Positions 1-8,226 of a stretch of 16,019 bases of DNA are shown here, piece by piece. The position numbers and the translations under genes are program-made. The notes under the pieces were generated by a model. It saw nothing but the letters and a program-made list of their open reading frames with translations. It did no database searches and was not told where the DNA came from. Each line of letters begins with the position of its first letter. Positions within the stretch are counted from its first letter, which is position 1. Origin of the DNA: an uncultured bacterium (GTDB taxonomy: Bacteria > Krumholzibacteriota > Krumholzibacteriia > Krumholzibacteriales > Krumholzibacteriaceae); assembly GCA_963813815.1 (NCBI GenBank), contig CAWFAD010000004.1:1-16019 (forward strand), written 5' to 3'.

Positions 1-173
1 ATCCAAACCCACATATCGACGACGCCGAAAGGGCTTTCGGTGAAGGTGGCGAGATCGCAGTGCATCGGATCGGCGTAGAGGCCGATGTAGCATGGCGTCG
101 CGGCGCGGCACGTTATCGCCGCCGCCACGACGAACGCAAAAACCGTCGCGCGCAGCGCGGACTTTCGGCGCAC
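1..173 (-). CDS. Secreted hypothetical protein, 5' part only (runs off the left edge)
   Basis: Not in the ORF track; translated by hand. GTG at 173 lies 8 nt after SD GAGGAGG (188-182). Reads MRRKSALRATVFAFVVAAAITCRAATPCYIGLYADPMHCDLATFTESPFGVVDMWVW with no stop: a basic N-terminus and hydrophobic core typical of a signal peptide. Confidence 0.8.
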   Translation of the reverse strand, partial: MRRKSALRATVFAFVVAAAITCRAATPCYIGLYADPMHCDLATFTESPFGVVDMWVW

Positions 174-195
174 GGAAACCGCCTCCTCGCATGGC

Positions 196-239
196 TCAAT
201 CGATTGATTTTTAATGGGAAAGCGATATCAATCGATCGA
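196..239. promoter_or_regulatory. Tandem palindromic operator candidates (or a 5' UTR hairpin)
   Basis: Perfect 12-bp palindrome TCAATCGATTGA at 196-207 and an 11/12 copy TCAATCGATCGA at 228-239, 32 bp apart, between the promoter and the SD of the 1-173 gene. Confidence 0.5.
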
Positions 240-289
240 TAAACGTCCCCCTCTGTATGGTTGAATTAAAAGTCCCGTCTTCATTCAAT

Positions 290-318
290 AGTATAGCACC
301 AAAATCCCTTTTTGTCCT
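290..318 (-). promoter_or_regulatory. sigma70-type promoter for the 1-173 gene
   Basis: Minus strand AGGACA (318-313), 17 bp spacer, TATACT (295-290), with extended -10 TGn, in an AT-rich intergenic stretch. Confidence 0.65.
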
Positions 319-354
319 TCTCATTCATTGGGGTGCCGGACCGGGGGAGGCTTT

Positions 355-1554
355 TCACCCGTCGAGAAGCCCGCAGATGAGCTCGGCCGCACGGGCGGCG
401 CCGTCGGCCGGTATGGCGGGGTACCGGACGGACTCGCCGATATGCTCGAGAGCGGCTCGCGCGAGATCCCGCGGCGTCGTCCGCGAGAGATCCATCCGGA
501 TGCCGGCGCCGTGCCTCGCGAGGCGTCCCGCGACGGTGTTCTGCTGCTCGGCGTGACCCTCGATGGGAAAATAGATGAACGGCCGGCGCAGCGCGGTGAG
601 CTCGAGAGTCGTCGTGCCGCCGCCTTGAACGATAGCGAGATCCGCCGCGGCGAAATGCTCGTAGAGCGCCGGCACGTACCCGCGCTTTTCCACGCCCTCG
701 GGCGCCGAGAGCTCATCGACGCCGATACGCGGTCCGCTGACGAGGATCATGCGGAGATCCGGGATCCCCCGCCGCAGAATCGGATAGGCCGCGCCGCACA
801 GATCGAGGAGCTGCCGGCCGATGGCCGTTCCCCCGATCGAGCAGATGACGAGCGGCTCGCCGCCGTATCCGAGGCGGCGCCTCACCGCGTCGCGGTCGGC
901 GTATCGGGCGGAATCGAAGGGAAACACATGGCCGACGAAGCGGTAGCGCTCGTTCGCCCACGTGCGCCGATTCGGCAGCAGGAAGCCGAAGGGCCTATCG
1001 GGAACGTCGTCGAGCTCCCCGATGAAAAGACCGAGATCGTACGACGGCTTCGAGGGCCGGGGGCCGCCGCACCATTTCCAGTTCCAGAGGTAGACGCCGA
1101 GCCGTTCGATCGGATTCCACGAAACGGGATCGAACCCGGCGAAGTCGTAGATCATGGCGAACGGGCAGGTCTTGAGACTGGGGTCGCGCCGAAAGGCGAG
1201 GCTCACCTCGTAGGTCTCGTCGCCGATGACGAGATCGAATCGTTCGCGCCTCGTGACGCGCGTCAGAATGTCGATGTTGCGGGACCACGATTTGCGGGCT
1301 TCGAAGGCGTACCGGATGAGATTGAGCTTTCCGCCGCGCGCCGTCCGCTCGGCGATCGCGCTCTCGTCGACGAACTCGCCCGCCTCGGGGAGCAGGCGCT
1401 CCCCCGCCTCTTCGATCGCCCGCGAGGCGGGTTGGGCCGCGAGCCAGAGAATCTCGATTCCCGGGCGACGAACGCGCATCGCCGCCGCGATCGCGAGATC
1501 CCGCGTCGCGTGGCCGAGCCCCACCGAGCCGCTTATGAAGAGCACTCTCTTCAG
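355..1554 (-). CDS. GT-B fold glycosyltransferase (GT28/MurG-like C-terminal domain)
   Basis: N-terminal motif KRVLFISGSVGLGHATR; C-terminal nucleotide-sugar-binding segment AADLAIVQGGGTTTLEL...HAEQQ. The ORF-track start at 1653 lies inside pfkB. The real start is CTG 1554 (overlapping the pfkB stop) or GTG 1545. Confidence 0.85.
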   Translation of the reverse strand: MKRVLFISGSVGLGHATRDLAIAAAMRVRRPGIEILWLAAQPASRAIEEAGERLLPEAGEFVDESAIAERTARGGKLNLIRYAFEARKSWSRNIDILTRVTRRERFDLVIGDETYEVSLAFRRDPSLKTCPFAMIYDFAGFDPVSWNPIERLGVYLWNWKWCGGPRPSKPSYDLGLFIGELDDVPDRPFGFLLPNRRTWANERYRFVGHVFPFDSARYADRDAVRRRLGYGGEPLVICSIGGTAIGRQLLDLCGAAYPILRRGIPDLRMILVSGPRIGVDELSAPEGVEKRGYVPALYEHFAAADLAIVQGGGTTTLELTALRRPFIYFPIEGHAEQQNTVAGRLARHGAGIRMDLSRTTPRDLARAALEHIGESVRYPAIPADGAARAAELICGLLDG

Positions 1555-2462
1555 TCGACCTCGATGCGCACGAGATCCACGAGCTCCCCGAGGCGTGTGG
1601 CGATGTGCCCCTCGGTCACGGCGCGCAGCCGCTCGACCGAGAACGCCTCGCACGCGAAGCTCGCCGTGATCGTGCCGTAGAGCATGGCGCGGCGAAGGTG
1701 GCGCTCCTCAGTGGCGCCCTTGCCGGTGAGATATCCCATGAAGCCGCCGGCGAAGCTGTCGCCGGCCCCCGTCGGATCGAGGACTTCCTGCAGCGGATAG
1801 GCGGGCGCGAAGAAACGGAACTCGCGCGTGAAGAGAAACGCTCCGTGCTCGCCCTTTTTGATCACGACCGCCCGCGGGCCCATCGCGAGGATATCCTGAG
1901 CGGCGCGGACGACGTTCCTTTTTCCGGTGAGCTGCCTCGCCTCCCCGTCGTTCACGAAGAGCACGTCCACGCGCCGCAGCACCCGCGCGAGCGACTCGGG
2001 CTTTCGCTCGATCCAGAAGTTCATCGTGTCGCAGCCGACGAAGGGCCGCCCCTCGGCCTGATCGAGGACGGCGCTCTGAATGTCGGGATCGATGTTTCCG
2101 AGGAAGAGCCAGCGGCTCGAGCGGTAGGCGGGCGGGAGCTCGGGCCGGAACTCGGCGAAGCAGTTGAGATCGGTGCAGAGCGTCTCTCTCTCGTTCGGGT
2201 CTTCGCCGTACCGTCCCGACCAATAGAAGGTCTTGCCGCCTCTTTCGACGATGAGCCCCTCGAGATCCACCTCGCGCTCGAGGAAAATCGACCGGTGCTC
2301 GGCTCGGAAGTCCTCGCCCACCACCGCGACGAGGCGCACCGGCGTGAAGTTGCTCGCGGCGAGCGAAAAATAGGTCGCCGAGCCCCCGATCGCGCGCTCC
2401 ACGCGCCCCCACGGGGTCTCGATCGAGTCGAACGCCACGGTTCCGACGACGACGATGCTCAT
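1551..2462 (-). CDS. PfkB/ribokinase-family carbohydrate or nucleoside kinase
   Basis: N-terminal VVGTVAFD...GGSATY, VND.EA, VIKKGEHGA and the PfkB signature DPTGAGDSFAGG; 303 aa. Confidence 0.92.
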   Translation of the reverse strand: MSIVVVGTVAFDSIETPWGRVERAIGGSATYFSLAASNFTPVRLVAVVGEDFRAEHRSIFLEREVDLEGLIVERGGKTFYWSGRYGEDPNERETLCTDLNCFAEFRPELPPAYRSSRWLFLGNIDPDIQSAVLDQAEGRPFVGCDTMNFWIERKPESLARVLRRVDVLFVNDGEARQLTGKRNVVRAAQDILAMGPRAVVIKKGEHGAFLFTREFRFFAPAYPLQEVLDPTGAGDSFAGGFMGYLTGKGATEERHLRRAMLYGTITASFACEAFSVERLRAVTEGHIATRLGELVDLVRIEVD

Positions 2463-2463
2463 G

Positions 2464-4167
2464 CTACATCTTCTCCGGCGCCGAAACGCCGAGGACGCCG
2501 AGCGTTTCGGCGAGCACGATACGCGTCGCCTCGGCCAGCAGGAGCCGCGCCTCGCTCAGCCGGCGATCCTTCGAAACGATCCGGCAGATGTGATAGAACT
2601 TGTGAAACGACGCCGCGAGCTGCTGCGCGTAGGTCGTGAGTATCTGCGGCTCGCGGGTGCGAGAGGCGGCGCGTATGAGCTCGGGGAAAATCACGAGCCG
2701 ACGCATGAGATCGAGCTCCTCGCCCTCGCGCAGGAGCTCCACGCAGGACGCGTCCTCCGGAAATTCCACTCCCTCGGTGCGCGCGAACGCCACGACGCTC
2801 GATATCCGTGCGTGGGCGTACTGAACGTAGTACACGGGGTTCTCGTCCGACTCCTTGCGCGCGAGCGTGAGGTTGAAGTCGAGATGAGCGGAGGTCTTTC
2901 TCATGAGGAAAAAGAATTTCGCCGCGTCCACGCCGACGTCCTCCACGAGATCGCCGAGCGTGACGAACTCTCCCCCGCGCTTCGACATGCTCACGACCTT
3001 GCCGTCCTCGACGAGACGCACCCACTGGACGATGATCACCTCGAGCCAGCGCTCGGCCGCCCCGAGGACGCGCGAGGCCGAGACGAGGCGCTGGATGTGC
3101 CCGTGGTGGTCGGGGCCCCAGAGATCGACGACCTGCTCGAAGCCGCGGGCGTGCTTGTTGCGGTGGTAGGCGGCGTCCGCCAGAAAGTAGGTCGGCGAGC
3201 CGTCGCTCCGAACGAGCACGCGGTCCTTCTCGTCGCCGAGATCGGTCGAGCGGAACCACTGCGCCCCCTCCTCCTCGTAGACTACCCCCGCGGCGCGCAG
3301 CTCGTCGAGCGTTTTCCAGATCTCGCCGTCCCCCGCGTAGAGCTCGGACTCGTGGAAAAACCGGTCGAACCTCACTCCGAAGCGATCGAGGTCGACCCTG
3401 ATCCTCGCGAGTATCTTGTCGAGCGCGAACCTCCCGAACGCGGGAACCGCCTCCCCCGCCGGCAGGGCGAGCCACCGCCGTCCCTCGGCCTCCGGGATCT
3501 CCCCCGCGATGTCGACGAGGTACTCTCCGGGATACCCGTCCTCCGGAAACGCGGCGTCCTCCCCGAGCCTCTGCCTGAACCGCGCGAGAAGCGAGGCGCC
3601 GAGCTTCGCCACCTGGCTTCCGGCGTCGTTCACGTAGTACTCGGCCTCGGCGTCGAAGCCGGCCTTACGGAAGATATTGACGAGCGCCGACCCGACCGCC
3701 GCCGCGCGCGCCGAAACGATGACGAGCGGCCCCGTGGGATTCGCCGAGACGAACTCGACCTGGAGCTTTTTCCCGGCGCCGAGATCGCCGTCTCCGTACG
3801 ATTTCCCGAGCCGGACGATCTCGCGCACTTCCTCCGTGAGGTACCGGTGGGCGAAAGCGAAGTTGATGAAGCCCGGCCCCGCGATCTCGACCCGCTCGAT
3901 GAAATCGCGATCGAGCGAGCCGGCCTTCTCGACCTCGGAAACGATCTGCGCCGCGAGCTCACGCGGGTTTCGCTTCGCGGCTTTCGCCGCTACGAGCGCG
4001 ACGTTGCACGAAAGGTCCCCGTGCGCGGGATCGTCGGGGCGCTCGATCATGATCGCTCCGCGCTCGACGGCCACTCCCGACGCCGCGGCCGCCGCGGCGA
4101 GGGCCTCGCGGACGCGCTCGCTCGCCGCGGAGCTCGCGCCTTTCGCCCGGCGAGTCTCAAACCCCAT
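2464..4167 (-). CDS. argS: Arginine--tRNA ligase
   Basis: HGDLSCN, IAGPGFIN, VEFVSANPTGPL, WGPDHHG, MSKRGG and ENPVYYVQYAHARISS. ATG 4167 is preceded by SD GAGGAG; the ORF-track start at 4326 lies inside rsfS. The HIGH motif is atypical (VIVS). Confidence 0.95.
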   Translation of the reverse strand: MGFETRRAKGASSAASERVREALAAAAAASGVAVERGAIMIERPDDPAHGDLSCNVALVAAKAAKRNPRELAAQIVSEVEKAGSLDRDFIERVEIAGPGFINFAFAHRYLTEEVREIVRLGKSYGDGDLGAGKKLQVEFVSANPTGPLVIVSARAAAVGSALVNIFRKAGFDAEAEYYVNDAGSQVAKLGASLLARFRQRLGEDAAFPEDGYPGEYLVDIAGEIPEAEGRRWLALPAGEAVPAFGRFALDKILARIRVDLDRFGVRFDRFFHESELYAGDGEIWKTLDELRAAGVVYEEEGAQWFRSTDLGDEKDRVLVRSDGSPTYFLADAAYHRNKHARGFEQVVDLWGPDHHGHIQRLVSASRVLGAAERWLEVIIVQWVRLVEDGKVVSMSKRGGEFVTLGDLVEDVGVDAAKFFFLMRKTSAHLDFNLTLARKESDENPVYYVQYAHARISSVVAFARTEGVEFPEDASCVELLREGEELDLMRRLVIFPELIRAASRTREPQILTTYAQQLAASFHKFYHICRIVSKDRRLSEARLLLAEATRIVLAETLGVLGVSAPEKM

Positions 4168-4522
4168 CCGGGAACTCCTCTCGCGGCGCGTCTCCCCAGA
4201 GCTTTTCGAGCGAGTAGTACTCGCGCGCCTCGGGCCGGAACACGTGCACGACGACTCCGAAGCAGTCGATGAGTATCCAGCGGGCCGATTCGAGCCCTTC
4301 GACGTGCGAGACGTACCTGCCGTCATGGAGCCCCTCCATCACGGCGTCCGAGATGACCCTCGCCTGCACGTCGCTTCCCGCCGAGCAGATGACGAAGTAG
4401 TCGGCCATCGTGGTGATTCTCTTGAGATCGAGGAGGACGATATCGTCCGCCTTCTTTGCGTAGGCGATCTTGATGATCTTCTTCGCGAGCGTCTTCGGTG
4501 CGATGGTGGTACTCAGCTCCAA
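4157..4522 (-). CDS. rsfS: Ribosome silencing factor RsfS (iojap/YbeB)
   Basis: C-terminal part of ORF 4157..5110: KKADDIVLLDL...ADYFVICSAGSDVQARVI...EG...WILID...VVVHVF...REYYSLEKLWGDA. Start is TTG 4522 or CTG 4516. Confidence 0.93.
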   Translation of the reverse strand: MELSTTIAPKTLAKKIIKIAYAKKADDIVLLDLKRITTMADYFVICSAGSDVQARVISDAVMEGLHDGRYVSHVEGLESARWILIDCFGVVVHVFRPEAREYYSLEKLWGDAPREEFPDGV

Positions 4523-5508
4523 ACCCCCTTTATCTCGGCGCCGCATTTCGGACAGCGTCCGTCCCTGCCGGCGGCACGCGTCGCGTATCCCGTCCGCCGC
4601 ACGACCGTCTCCCCGCATTTCGCGCAGCGCGTGTCCTCGGTGCCATCGATGAAGATATTCCCCACGTAGACGTAATGCAACCGTTTCGAGGCGATATCGT
4701 ACGCGCGGCGCAGCCGCTCCGGGGGCGTCGGCTCCCGGTCCTCCATCCGGTACTGCGGAAAAAAGCGCGAGAAATGGAGCGGGATATCGGGCGACACCCC
4801 GGCGAGCCAGCCGGCGAGCGCCTCGAAATCGGCGTCCGCGTCGTTCATCCCCGTGACGACGAGGTTCGTCACCTCGACGTGCATCGCGCCGGCGGCGATC
4901 TCGATGAACCGCTTCACCGGCTCGACCCTCCCGCCGCAGACCTCCCGGTAGAAGTCGTCGCTCATGCTCTTGAGATCGACGTTCATCGCGTCGATGAGGG
5001 GCGCGATCTCCCGCGCGGGCCCTTCGTTCAGAAATCCGTTCGTCACGAGCACGGTCTTGAGCCCCTTCGCGCGGAGCATCGGCGCGACGTCGCGGAGATA
5101 TTCGAACCACAGCAAGGGCTCCGTGTACGTGAAGGCGACCCCGATCGAGCCCTCTCGCCCGGCGAGATCCACGAGCTCTTCGGGCGGGAGGTAGCGCGTC
5201 GGCGCCCGCTCCTTCGATATGTGCCAGTTCTGGCAGTTCCGGCAGCTCAGGGTGCAGCCGTTCGGTCCGATCGACAGGATGCGGCTTCCCGGCATGAAGT
5301 GGTAGAGCGGCTTCTTCTCGATCGGATCGATCGCGACCGTCACGGTGCGCCCGTAGGATTCGGCCCGAAGGACGCCGCCCCTGTTCTCGCGCACCCCGCA
5401 GAGCCCCGCCGCCCCGTCCGCGATCGCGCAGCGATGCGGGCAGAGCTCGCAGCGCACCCGGCCGTGTTCGATTTTCGTGTAATGGAGAGCTTCGTGAACG
5501 CCGCTCAT
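4513..5508 (-). CDS. amrS: AmmeMemoRadiSam system radical SAM enzyme (PFL-activase-like)
   Basis: N-terminal CELCPHRC...CGVR, family hallmark DPIEKKPLYHF.PG, radical SAM motif CTLSCRNCQNW, AFTYTEP, LHFSRFFPQY, YVYVGN and a C-terminal CxxC...CxxC ribbon. Confidence 0.9.
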   Translation of the reverse strand: MSGVHEALHYTKIEHGRVRCELCPHRCAIADGAAGLCGVRENRGGVLRAESYGRTVTVAIDPIEKKPLYHFMPGSRILSIGPNGCTLSCRNCQNWHISKERAPTRYLPPEELVDLAGREGSIGVAFTYTEPLLWFEYLRDVAPMLRAKGLKTVLVTNGFLNEGPAREIAPLIDAMNVDLKSMSDDFYREVCGGRVEPVKRFIEIAAGAMHVEVTNLVVTGMNDADADFEALAGWLAGVSPDIPLHFSRFFPQYRMEDREPTPPERLRRAYDIASKRLHYVYVGNIFIDGTEDTRCAKCGETVVRRTGYATRAAGRDGRCPKCGAEIKGVWS

Positions 5509-5509
5509 G

Positions 5510-6514
5510 TCACTTGTAGAACGCGTACGCCCGCTCGACGACGTAGTCGGAAGCGACGAAGAGGGCGTCGCGCTCGGCCGAGGAGGTGATCTCCTGAAGG
5601 TGTCCCTTCGCCCGCTCGACGAAATGCTTCGCCCGCTGCATCGAGTAATCCACGCCTCCGTAGTTCCGCACGAACCGCACGACCTCTTCCCAATGGCGCT
5701 CCTTGTCGAATGACTCGCCGAAGAGCTCCGACACGCGCTTGCGCGCCGGCTCGGGGGCGTTCCGGAACGCCGTGATGAAGGGGAGGGTCACCCGGCCGTC
5801 GGTGAAATCCGACGCCGTGGGCTTTCCGATCATCGTGTCGCTCGCGATGTAGTCGAAGAGGTCGTCGACGATCTGAAAGGCGAACCCGACGTTCTTCCCG
5901 AAGCTCGAGTACGAGGCGCGCCGCCCGTTGCGCTCGCCCCCGAGGAGCGCCCCGCTCTCGCACGAGGCCGAAAAGAGCGATGCCGTCTTGCGGTAGATCA
6001 TATCCATATAGCGGTCCTCGTCGAGATCGAGGCTGCGGCGGAGCTGGAGCTGCATGAGCTCCCCGACCGACATGTCGTGCGTGACCCGGGCGAGGATATC
6101 CATGACGTCGAACATCTTCGCTTCGGCGAGGCGCGTGAAGGCCATCGAGTAGAGAAAATCTCCGATGAGCGTCGCCGCGTCGCTTCCCCACTGCGCGTAC
6201 ACCGTGGGACGGCCGCGCCTCACCCGATGGTCGTCGATGATGTCGTCGTGGATGAGGGTCGCCGTGTGCACGAGCTCCACGGCGAGCCCCGCCGTGACGA
6301 CGTCCCTCGCCGGCTCCCCGGCGCTCCGCGCGGCGAGGAAGAGGACCGTCGGCCGTATGCGCTTCCCCGGCTTTTCGTTGAGGTAGGTGCAGATACGGTC
6401 GGCGAGCGGAACGTCCGAGTGGAGAATCGCCTGGAGGCGGCACTCGAGAGCTCCGAGCTCCTCCTGCACGAGGGATTGTATGTGGCCGAGCTTGCTGAGA
6501 TCCGTCTCGTTCAT
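5510..6514 (-). CDS. Long-chain trans-polyprenyl diphosphate synthase (IspB/HepT-like)
   Basis: GKRIRP, first aspartate-rich motif ELVHTATLIHDDIIDD..RRG, KTASLF, second motif AFQIVDDLFD. Ala at -5 before the first motif points to a long-chain product. ATG 6514 follows SD GAGGA. Confidence 0.92.
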   Translation of the reverse strand: MNETDLSKLGHIQSLVQEELGALECRLQAILHSDVPLADRICTYLNEKPGKRIRPTVLFLAARSAGEPARDVVTAGLAVELVHTATLIHDDIIDDHRVRRGRPTVYAQWGSDAATLIGDFLYSMAFTRLAEAKMFDVMDILARVTHDMSVGELMQLQLRRSLDLDEDRYMDMIYRKTASLFSASCESGALLGGERNGRRASYSSFGKNVGFAFQIVDDLFDYIASDTMIGKPTASDFTDGRVTLPFITAFRNAPEPARKRVSELFGESFDKERHWEEVVRFVRNYGGVDYSMQRAKHFVERAKGHLQEITSSAERDALFVASDYVVERAYAFYK

Positions 6515-6569
6515 CGCGGTCCTCGCAAAATGCCGTTGCTGCGCGCCTTCCGGGCGCGCCCCAGCCCTT

Positions 6570-6598
6570 ACAGTAACACCCGGGAGGCGCTCTGTCAA
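6570..6598 (-). promoter_or_regulatory. sigma70-type promoter for the polyprenyl synthase-amrS-rsfS-argS-pfkB-GT cluster
   Basis: TTGACA (6598-6593, overlapping the tatC stop), 17 bp spacer, TACTGT (6575-6570), with extended -10 TG. A GC hairpin GCGCGCC-N5-GGCGCGC (6541-6559) follows in the leader. Confidence 0.7.
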
Positions 6599-7350
6599 TG
6601 AGCGCCGCGCCGCGATTCGACGACGAGGGCGATGAGCGCGCTCGCGATATAGAGCCCGCAGAGCGGGAGCGCCATGAAAATCTGCGACAGCGGGTCGGGG
6701 GGCGTGAAGACGGCGGCCACGATGAATATGATGACGATCACGTACCGCCACTGCCGGAGCAGCGTCCGCGCCGGAACGATTCCCGCCCACGACAGCGCCA
6801 TGATGACGATGGGCATCTGGAACACCACGCCGAAGGCGAGGCAGAGCTTCCAGACGAACGCGAAGTAGCGCTCGATCGAGAGAAGCGGCAGGAGACGGTC
6901 CGTTCCGAACTCCACGAAGAAACCGATCACGACCGGTATCATGACGAAGTAGGCGAAGGCGAGCCCCCCGTAGAAGAGCGACACGGAGGAGAAAACGACG
7001 GGGAACGCCATGCGTTTCTCGCGCGAGAAAAGCGCCGGCGACACGAACCCCCACACCCTCAGGAAGATGTACGGAAACGAGGCGAGGAATCCGAGGATGA
7101 AGGAGAGCTTCATCCGGATCATGAAGGCCTCGGCGGGGGACATGAAGTAGAAGTTCTCGACGGGGACGTCCCGGATCAGAAAATCGAGCACCCGCCCCGA
7201 GACGAACCAGAACGCGACGGACGCGGCGAGCCACGCGAGGGCCGACGCAAAGAGCATCGAGCGCAGGTCCTCGAGGTGATCGAGGAAGCGCATCTCCCGG
7301 AGCGGCTCCGCGCGCATCTCGCCTTCGGGTGTCGTCCGTTCCTCGGCCAC
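6595..7350 (-). CDS. tatC: Twin-arginine translocase subunit TatC
   Basis: FLDHLEDLR, SPAEAF, WGFVSPALFSREK, FGVVFQMP and TPPDPLSQ, plus about six hydrophobic segments. Start is GTG 7350 or ATG 7317. Confidence 0.93.
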   Translation of the reverse strand: MAEERTTPEGEMRAEPLREMRFLDHLEDLRSMLFASALAWLAASVAFWFVSGRVLDFLIRDVPVENFYFMSPAEAFMIRMKLSFILGFLASFPYIFLRVWGFVSPALFSREKRMAFPVVFSSVSLFYGGLAFAYFVMIPVVIGFFVEFGTDRLLPLLSIERYFAFVWKLCLAFGVVFQMPIVIMALSWAGIVPARTLLRQWRYVIVIIFIVAAVFTPPDPLSQIFMALPLCGLYIASALIALVVESRRGAH

Positions 7351-7355
7351 GCGTC

Positions 7356-8213
7356 CTAGTTCTGCAGCTTTCCTTCGTAGGTCATGACGACCGTCGTCTG
7401 CTGCTTCGTTTCCTTGTTCGTAAGCGGATCGCGCGAGATCACGTCGCCCTTGATCTCGACCACGCGCTTGATCTCCACGATGTGGCCGCTGCCGATCGCG
7501 ACCGAGGCCTTGAGGTCGGTTTTCTCGTACCCGACGAGCCGGCCGGCCTCGGTTTCGGCGTTGAGCTTGACCGTGATCTTGGCCTCGATGACCGCCACGT
7601 CGACCCCGCCCTTCTTTTCGAGCTTCTTGAGCGTGTAGAGGGCCTTTCCGGAGCGCTCGGGCTCCTCCCCCTCCTTCGCGGCCGAGAGAATCTCCCGCGT
7701 CCATTTATCGCCGACGGCGAATGCCGTATCGGGGAGCCGTATGAACCACGGTTCGACGGTTTCGAGCAGCTCGCTGGAGCCGCCGATGCCCGGTATGTTC
7801 CCGAGCGCCCGAACGTCGACGACCTTTCCCTTGCGGGAAACGACCGCCCGAATCGTCTTGCCCTCGAGATTCACCGGCGGCTCCCACGCCATGAGCTGGT
7901 TGTTGCTCACGAGACTCGAGGAGATATTCTTGAAATGTATGTCGATCTTCGTGTCGCCGCCCTCCGTTCTACCGCTGTTCCTGAGATCGACATCGGACGT
8001 CTGCGTGAGCGTCGCGCTGACTCCGTAGTAGTCCTGTTCGGTATAGCTGGAAATCTTGTAATGGAACACCGCGCTGTCGGCGGGAGCGAAGCAGAGCTGG
8101 CAGGTTTTCTTGTCCTGCGCGGCCGCCGCGAGGGACATGGCGGCGGCGACGAACGCTACGATGGCGCACGCCGCGAGGCCGCGCGCCGTGCCGTGCCGCA
8201 GGGAAGGCACCAT
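7356..8213 (-). CDS. Exported beta-rich hypothetical protein (possibly DUF6263-like)
   Basis: ATG 8213 follows a strong SD AAGGAGGT. Signal-peptide-like LAACAIVAFVAAAMSLAAAA-QD; mature region rich in K/T/V strands with an LP...VGDKWT motif. The family call is from resemblance only. Confidence 0.75.
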   Translation of the reverse strand: MVPSLRHGTARGLAACAIVAFVAAAMSLAAAAQDKKTCQLCFAPADSAVFHYKISSYTEQDYYGVSATLTQTSDVDLRNSGRTEGGDTKIDIHFKNISSSLVSNNQLMAWEPPVNLEGKTIRAVVSRKGKVVDVRALGNIPGIGGSSELLETVEPWFIRLPDTAFAVGDKWTREILSAAKEGEEPERSGKALYTLKKLEKKGGVDVAVIEAKITVKLNAETEAGRLVGYEKTDLKASVAIGSGHIVEIKRVVEIKGDVISRDPLTNKETKQQTTVVMTYEGKLQN

Positions 8214-8226
8214 CTCGATACCTCCT

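Noticed and set aside
150..173. N-terminal MRRK of the left-edge protein as a Tat signal linked to tatC
   Set aside because: It lacks the S/T-R-R-x-F-L consensus and fits an ordinary Sec n-region.
60..556. Short plus-strand ORFs 60..242 and 257..556
   Set aside because: No SD or motifs. They overlap the minus-strand gene, its promoter and the glycosyltransferase 3' end.
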